Source of the DNA: a virus | Virus record (IMG/VR): IMGVR_UViG_3300037508_001008 | Coordinates: 3,139-67,138 of that record | DNA: 64,000 bases | Direction: 5' to 3' (one strand) | Part shown: piece after piece, positions 58,923-64,000 of the stretch | Position numbering within the stretch: position 1 is the stretch's first letter | Layout of the letters: each line of letters starts with the position of its first letter | Translations under genes and position numbers: made by a program | Notes under the pieces: generated by a model | The model's database searches: none | What the model was told of the DNA's origin: nothing | Seen by the model: the letters and a program-made list of their open reading frames with translations, nothing else

Positions 58923-58980
58923 AGAGTTTCCCAACGAGATACCTGCTCGTACACAGGTTTGCCATCAAGGAGGAAACGAA

Positions 58981-59481
58981 ATGGCACAAAATACCAAGTC
59001 CAACAAGACCATCAGCGTGTGGGTCAACGCGGGAGAAAGCAAGATCGTGTTGAACCGCAAGGATGGTGCAGAATGGAGTCGTCCACTCTTCTTCAATGCT
59101 CCTAACGGAGTCCGCGAGAAGATCGCCATCTGGCTCGGAAAGGTGTTGACCGACGAGAACGGCAAGCCCGTACTCAAGCTCAACAAGATCACGGGTCAGA
59201 TGGAGAAGCAGGTCGACTTCACGAAGAAGGCCACGAACAACTGCGAGTGGGAGATGGACCTGAAGATGGTTAAGACAGAAGCCATCAAGTCGGGCGCAAA
59301 CGCTGGCAAGTTGGCGGACTCGATCACCATCACGGATGAGAACTTGTCCGAATGGTTGAAGCAGTTGGTGTTCACCAAGCGCGGTAGCATCCGTGCAAAC
59401 GTGGCAACCACGCTCAGCGAGTTCGAGCCGACCATCATCGGTGACGACGACGAGGACGGTGACGACTTCGAGGATTTCTGA
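58981..59481 (+). CDS. Possible ssDNA-binding protein, paralog of 53998-54453
   Basis: AAGGAGG RBS; strongly biased codons; tail DDDEDGDDFEDF. Confidence 0.55.
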   Translation: MAQNTKSNKTISVWVNAGESKIVLNRKDGAEWSRPLFFNAPNGVREKIAIWLGKVLTDENGKPVLKLNKITGQMEKQVDFTKKATNNCEWEMDLKMVKTEAIKSGANAGKLADSITITDENLSEWLKQLVFTKRGSIRANVATTLSEFEPTIIGDDDEDGDDFEDF

Positions 59482-59672
59482 TCCTCAGAGTCAGCGGTCA
59501 AGGAACGAAGGTTGGGTACTACGAGAAATCGTGGTACCCAGCCTAAGTTTCTTATAAAAAGATTCTTTTTTATTTATAGAGCTCTCTTTAATCTTTGAGC
59601 ACATACAAAAAAGAAGGGGGATTATCATCTCTCTTTATTTTTTACTTATAGATACCAGAAAGGAAATAAGTC

Positions 59673-59969
59673 ATGGTGATGTTAATTAATGGTATGCTTT
59701 TGGGCATTTGTTTTACTTTTGCCGGCGCATATCTATATCAAACAGCTCGTTATCGCTTAACTCATGGTAAAAAGATCCTTGTTGCAAAGCAAGAGGTTGG
59801 ATATGTCATTAGTTGTAGATATAATGGTTCAAAGCATTGGTTTTTTATTGATGAGTATGGTCAAAAGTCACAAGATCATTTCGATAAAAAGCAACATGCA
59901 GTAAGAACATGCAAAAAAGACTTCTTATCACGGCGACACAAGCAAACCACTATTGCACGTATCGCCTAA
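59673..59969 (+). CDS. Hypothetical protein with an N-terminal TM segment
   Basis: GAAAGGA RBS. Confidence 0.65.
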   Translation: MVMLINGMLLGICFTFAGAYLYQTARYRLTHGKKILVAKQEVGYVISCRYNGSKHWFFIDEYGQKSQDHFDKKQHAVRTCKKDFLSRRHKQTTIARIA

Positions 59970-59985
59970 AAAGAAGGGTGTGTGA

Positions 59986-60054
59986 ACTCCACTAGGGGAG
60001 TATAAACCGTTTTAAGCCTAGTGCGTTCCCCAGATAACACTGGGGAGATAACTG
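59986..60054 (+). ncRNA. Pistol-class self-cleaving ribozyme
   Basis: P1 ACTCC/GGAGT; pseudoknot ACTAGG/CCTAGT; TAAA, TTAAG and GCG conserved segments; P3 TTCCCCAG/CTGGGGAG; R-U cleavage dinucleotide; P2 GTT/AAC. Confidence 0.8.
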
Positions 60055-60511
60055 AGTTTCCGCGTACATACCAGTGTACGTCCGGCCCGATTATAAATCG
60101 GAATAAGGATATAAGATCTGGATAATCTTATATGGAATATTATATTATGATTGCAGATCCCGTCATAATATAAGAACTCCGATGCAGGAGGAACCTGCTG
60201 CGGTAACCATATTGGTACCGTAATACAGGGAAACAGGTGTAGTCAGTTCTAGTTCAGGACTACATCGGCATAGATATAACTAGAGGGCTCTTGTATACGG
60301 ATGTCCAAAGAACATATTGTTCGGCCTGATCAGCCAGTATATACTGAAAATAATCTCAAGCAGTTATACTTGAGTACCGGGAGCACCCAGTCCCCGAAGG
60401 ATGTCGGAGATAGTAAACACTATCAACTGGGCTATTCTAAAGTTCTCCCCCCCGGGTTGAGCACCTTGCGTTTTTACCCTCCTTTTCGCAAGAGTGCTCC
60501 CCGGGAGAGAT
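60049..60511 (+). ncRNA. Large structured non-coding RNA of unknown class
   Basis: More than ten consecutive helices plus pseudoknot and loop-loop complementarities; no credible ORF. Confidence 0.65.
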
Positions 60512-60594
60512 CATAGTCTTCTAAAAAATTCTTTTTTCTTTATAATTGTCCCTTCTAAAAAGAAGGGGTGTAATACCAACAGAAAGGAACCCTT

Positions 60595-60789
60595 ATGCAG
60601 TTAATTAAAAATTTAATAAAGATCTACGCAGCGATTCTTGTATGCTGTGCTATCGCCGGCGCAATTACCGGTGGTGCAAAAGCAGTTAAAGAGTTGCGCG
60701 CAGAAAACAACAAACCATTGTTCAATCATTCTCCAGAATTTCTGAAAATATTGAACCACTATGAAAAGAAAGAAAAGGTAGCATCATGA
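60595..60789 (+). CDS. Small membrane protein
   Basis: GAAAGGA RBS; N-terminal TM segment. Confidence 0.65.
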   Translation: MQLIKNLIKIYAAILVCCAIAGAITGGAKAVKELRAENNKPLFNHSPEFLKILNHYEKKEKVAS

Positions 60790-60935
60790 GTATTTCAAGC
60801 AAAATGGGTAAAATTGCAGGTAAGGTCGTGACCGGATCCAAGGCAGCACCCAAAGCAACAAAACGGAAACTCAGTACGTTGAAGAACGAACTGGCTGAAG
60901 GTTATCGTTCTGCAGCTACAAACGACTCAGAGTAA
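60786..60935 (+). CDS. Small basic protein (49 aa)
   Basis: ATGA overlap with the upstream gene; MSISSKMGKIAGKVV...; followed by hairpin 60949-60986. Confidence 0.55.
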   Translation: MSISSKMGKIAGKVVTGSKAAPKATKRKLSTLKNELAEGYRSAATNDSE

Positions 60936-61128
60936 TCCAATCAAGTCATTAGTGAAGTGGTTATCGCAAGGTAGCCACTTCACTAACCCTGATAGCAAAT
61001 GTCTATTTTTATTCTAAAAAATTTTTTAAGAAAAGATCTAGACCTTTGTCTACTTCCAAAAAGAAGGGTGATATCAATCATCCTTATTACACAACAGTAA
61101 ACTACACACAGAAAGTACACTTATCATT

Positions 61129-62232
61129 ATGAATACAAATATTAACTTTGCTGAACTAGGAATTGGAGATTTCTCCGATCTTGGTGAAATCATTTCTAAT
61201 CCTGAAATCTTTGAAGGTGGATCTCTTTCCACTACTCCAATTAAGATTGGAAAGACCACCAAGTATCCCGTCAGCATTAACGGACGACCATTTCCAGGTC
61301 TCCTTACCGTAAGCAATGCAAAGTTGACTCGTTTGTCTCTTATTGAGCAAACACGTGCAGATGGTCACACCTACATGATTGTAACTGGCATTATGAAAGA
61401 CGTCAATTTCAATCTTGATCTTGTGGTCAATGGACAAAACATCAACATAGTAGACTTCATGTTTGAACTTGCTAAGCAGGCAGCTGGATACAAGGATGCT
61501 GATCGTACAAGTTTTATCAAAACTTTGACAGAAGACCTTAAGATGCCTTTGTTGGATGACATGCAAATCTTCTTCCAACAGATGGGCGCCTCAGCAGCTG
61601 CATACGAAGAATTTATTCTTAAGCTAAACGAACGTGGTCTTGTTATGGCAGATGACACTAAGCGTGTCAATCCTGAACAAAGAAACCGTATTCAGCGTGC
61701 ATATGTGCTCCGAGACATTCCTGTAACTGAATTTGAGATTGGTACTACCGATCCCAATCAGTCTGATATGTTCCGTAGTACAAATGGACAAGCTGAAGCA
61801 GGCTTCATTGATCTAGCAGATGCCATTTGGCGTAACTTTACTCGTATCATGAAGCTGCGTAAACTTCGTAGTATCAAGCTTTCTGAGATTGAAAATTTGT
61901 CTGCACAAAATCCGGCAAATCTACAGGAAATGGCCAAGCAGTTAAAGACCGAAGCAACTCATATTCAGAAGCAGGCAAATTCTTTTGCAGGCAATCTGGG
62001 TGGTGCACGTCTTCGTTGGACTCGTAGTGAATCCACTGGCGAATGGACTGTAGATCAAAAGGCTGTGTATGATCCCACCTATGTTCCTTGCGGTAAGTTG
62101 ACCGTTCTTGGAACTGATGGTGAAGAGATCAAGGCAAACTTCTGGACTAATCGCTCAGAATCATCAAACGAAAACAAGCCAGTATTCTCTAACTTGGCTC
62201 AATCGTTGACTGACGAAGATTTCAAGCTCTGA
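61129..62232 (+). CDS. Hypothetical protein (367 aa) with an acidic C-terminal tail
   Basis: Long ORF ending LTDEDFKL; no family recognised. Confidence 0.8.
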   Translation: MNTNINFAELGIGDFSDLGEIISNPEIFEGGSLSTTPIKIGKTTKYPVSINGRPFPGLLTVSNAKLTRLSLIEQTRADGHTYMIVTGIMKDVNFNLDLVVNGQNINIVDFMFELAKQAAGYKDADRTSFIKTLTEDLKMPLLDDMQIFFQQMGASAAAYEEFILKLNERGLVMADDTKRVNPEQRNRIQRAYVLRDIPVTEFEIGTTDPNQSDMFRSTNGQAEAGFIDLADAIWRNFTRIMKLRKLRSIKLSEIENLSAQNPANLQEMAKQLKTEATHIQKQANSFAGNLGGARLRWTRSESTGEWTVDQKAVYDPTYVPCGKLTVLGTDGEEIKANFWTNRSESSNENKPVFSNLAQSLTDEDFKL

Positions 62233-62281
62233 CCCCCAGTTAGATGAGTTTGTCCGTTCTCACCAAAAACGGACACCCCTT

Positions 62282-62412
62282 GGGGCTAATGGTTACAAGT
62301 ATCTGGTTTAACGCATAATGCAATGGTCTAATCTTTAGATTACATTGTATATTATGGACATCATGTCTTCGTGCAACGCCATTTCAGGAAGGTTCGATTC
62401 CTTCAAGCTCCG
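62282..62412 (+). ncRNA. tRNA(Ala)/tmRNA-like mini RNA
   Basis: Acceptor GGGGCT/AGCTCC with G3-U70; T arm GAAGG-TTCGATT-CCTTC; no D or anticodon arm. Confidence 0.6.
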
Positions 62413-62419
62413 CCGAGTA

Positions 62420-62523
62420 CTGCAGGTAACACAATAAATCAGGGACACCTATGAACGTGGAACCGTGGATTGATGTTACACACTGTCATGTGTAATGTCT
62501 ACTGTGACAGCAGTAGCCTGCGG
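62420..62523 (+). ncRNA. Structured RNA with complementary hairpin loops
   Basis: Closing stem CTGCAGG/CCTGCGG; loops CTGTCA and TGACAG. Confidence 0.5.
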
Positions 62524-62578
62524 GAAAGCTTATTGCTTTTATTTTTAGTACATACAAAACAGAAAGGAAACTACAACA

Positions 62579-62743
62579 ATGGAATTTCACCTTTGTGAAA
62601 ATGAAAACTGTCGTCATCAATGCGAACAAGAAAGCTGCGATAGCATGATCCTATATCATGATGAACCGTATTGCTTCACACACTCGCCAGATGAAGGCTC
62701 ATCTTTCAGGAACTACGACTCTCGTACAGGAGGTTGGAAGTAA
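62579..62743 (+). CDS. Small Cys/His-rich protein (54 aa)
   Basis: GAAAGGA RBS; MEFHLCENENCRHQC...YCFTH. Confidence 0.6.
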   Translation: MEFHLCENENCRHQCEQESCDSMILYHDEPYCFTHSPDEGSSFRNYDSRTGGWK

Positions 62744-63030
62744 TGACAACTGAAATCAGAATGGCCACTATCAATACTCCCAGGTGTTGGCAGTGTGGTA
62801 AAACAGGCGAACTACAGATCTCTTCGGACATCTACTTCGCCGGCATCAAAAAGTTAGATGAAGGTGCTCTTATTCAAAACGCCTTTCCTTCACTCAATAG
62901 TGAACAGCGCGAACAAATCATGACTGGCATTCATCCCGAATGCTGGAAGAAAATGTTCCCGCCAGAACAAATTGAACTGAATGAAAATGGCGTACCAGTT
63001 AACTGGGATAATCACCCTAATAACATCTAA
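62743..63030 (+). CDS. Zinc-binding phage protein
   Basis: CWQCG...IQNAFP.L..EQRE..MTGIHPECW; TAATG coupling with AGGAGG RBS. Confidence 0.75.
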   Translation: MTTEIRMATINTPRCWQCGKTGELQISSDIYFAGIKKLDEGALIQNAFPSLNSEQREQIMTGIHPECWKKMFPPEQIELNENGVPVNWDNHPNNI

Positions 63031-63033
63031 TAA

Positions 63034-63080
63034 AATACCTAGTAGTCATATAACCTATGGCTACTAGGTATTCTTTATTT
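63034..63080 (+). terminator. Intrinsic terminator
   Basis: AATACCTAGTAG/CTACTAGGTATT stem followed by a T-rich tail. Confidence 0.7.
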
Positions 63081-63237
63081 AAGATAGTCTTCTGGGGGGG
63101 ACCCGCGAAGCGGGGGGGTCCCAGAACTGATTAGGTCTGCGATTCTCGCAGCAGTATGATATACTAACGTATAGTTAGTATGATTCTATTAAGACTTTTT
63201 ATTTAAAATAGTCTTTTAGCTGCGAGGCGCAAATACA

Positions 63238-63408
63238 ATGTATGTGATCGTCCAGAGAGACTCAGACAATGTTCATGTCTATGGCCCATATCACTCACAA
63301 TATGGAGCCAATTATGACATTCGTCATCTCGAGGAAATCAGTCCAGACTACTGTTACAAAGTACACAGACTCAATCTCCCAAAAAACTCTCCAAAATTCC
63401 GCAACTAA
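63238..63408 (+). CDS. Small hypothetical protein (56 aa)
   Basis: GAGG RBS; MYVIVQRDSDNVHVYGPY... Confidence 0.5.
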   Translation: MYVIVQRDSDNVHVYGPYHSQYGANYDIRHLEEISPDYCYKVHRLNLPKNSPKFRN

Positions 63409-63473
63409 CAAATACTTATGATATAATATATCCATAGGAAGGAACACCTATCAACACTGACATACAAAGGAGT

Positions 63474-63698
63474 ATGAACAAGATGCCTAAGCAGCATCAA
63501 TCCAAAGCAGTAAAGAAAGTATTCTCTGAACTAGAGAGACTAGGATTTACCGTAATACATAAGAAGTCCGGGTCCTACAGTATCTACCCTCCCTCCACGA
63601 TACAAGGACCTATGTATACAACTCATGGAACGGAATCCGCACTCCATCCAATGAGAAGAGACTTCAAACGTTTATACGACATACAAATATCAGTGTAG
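63474..63698 (+). CDS. HicA-like protein
   Basis: ELERLGFTV..K.SG...IYPP...YTTH.T...RRDFKR alpha-beta-beta-beta-alpha pattern; AAGGAG RBS. Confidence 0.55.
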   Translation: MNKMPKQHQSKAVKKVFSELERLGFTVIHKKSGSYSIYPPSTIQGPMYTTHGTESALHPMRRDFKRLYDIQISV

Positions 63699-64000
63699 GA
63701 ATTCCTACCTCGCTCAGGATAAGTGGTGGACCTAGGTGGTGGGTCCACTACTTTCCTGGGTATCATAGTAGAAAAATTGTTGTTAAAAATAGTTATCCCT
63801 ACCTTTTTTAAGCGGGGGCCCATATCAAGGAAGTTTCCCATATCAAGGGAAACAGTTAATACTTTTATTAACTTATCCGATATAGGCCCCCTTTTTGGTT
63901 TATTTTTGGAGTACATCTCAAAAAGAAGGGGAGTCCTCATCCCTGAGGGGAATACCTTTCCTTCTATTACTCTCTCTATAATATATATAATAAATGTTCA

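Noticed and set aside
60049-60511. RNase P RNA or group I/II intron
   Set aside because: Lacks the GAGGAAAGUCC/P4 signature, the group I P7 core and group II domain V, and interrupts no gene
60301-60516. 71-aa ORF
   Set aside because: No RBS, and it lies within the densely base-paired RNA region
62282-62415. Canonical tRNA or full tmRNA
   Set aside because: No D or anticodon arm, too short for tmRNA, no tag reading frame or encoded CCA; kept only as a tRNA-like element
1-64000. Stop-codon reassignment
   Set aside because: Long genes are intact under the standard code, and TAA, TAG and TGA all end credible genes

Overview
Segment of a large tailed dsDNA phage, probably infecting Actinobacteria (WhiB gene present). 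Bases 1-45.7 kb are an AT-rich, minus-strand myovirus-type virion and packaging operon: tape measure, two chaperones, three tube paralogs, two sheath-like genes, neck and head genes, major capsid, prohead protease/scaffold, a glycosyltransferase, portal, fibres, large terminase, a DEDDh-domain giant protein and a Clp-type AAA+ ATPase. RecA follows on the plus strand. From about 48.3 to 58.7 kb the DNA is visibly more GC-rich and forms an array of 18 single-gene units. They are separated by 17 junctions of one architecture: stop codons, long hairpin, T-run, G..TAG(A/G)CC leader hairpin, RBS. The largest unit (836 aa) carries motifs of YonO/eukaryotic RNAi-RdRP two-barrel polymerases, apparently with a permuted catalytic barrel. 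Downstream (59.9-62.5 kb) are a pistol-type self-cleaving ribozyme leading into a ~460-nt highly structured RNA, a tRNA(Ala)/tmRNA-like mini RNA and an RNA with complementary hairpin loops. All calls come from reading motifs by eye; no database searches or folding programs were run.
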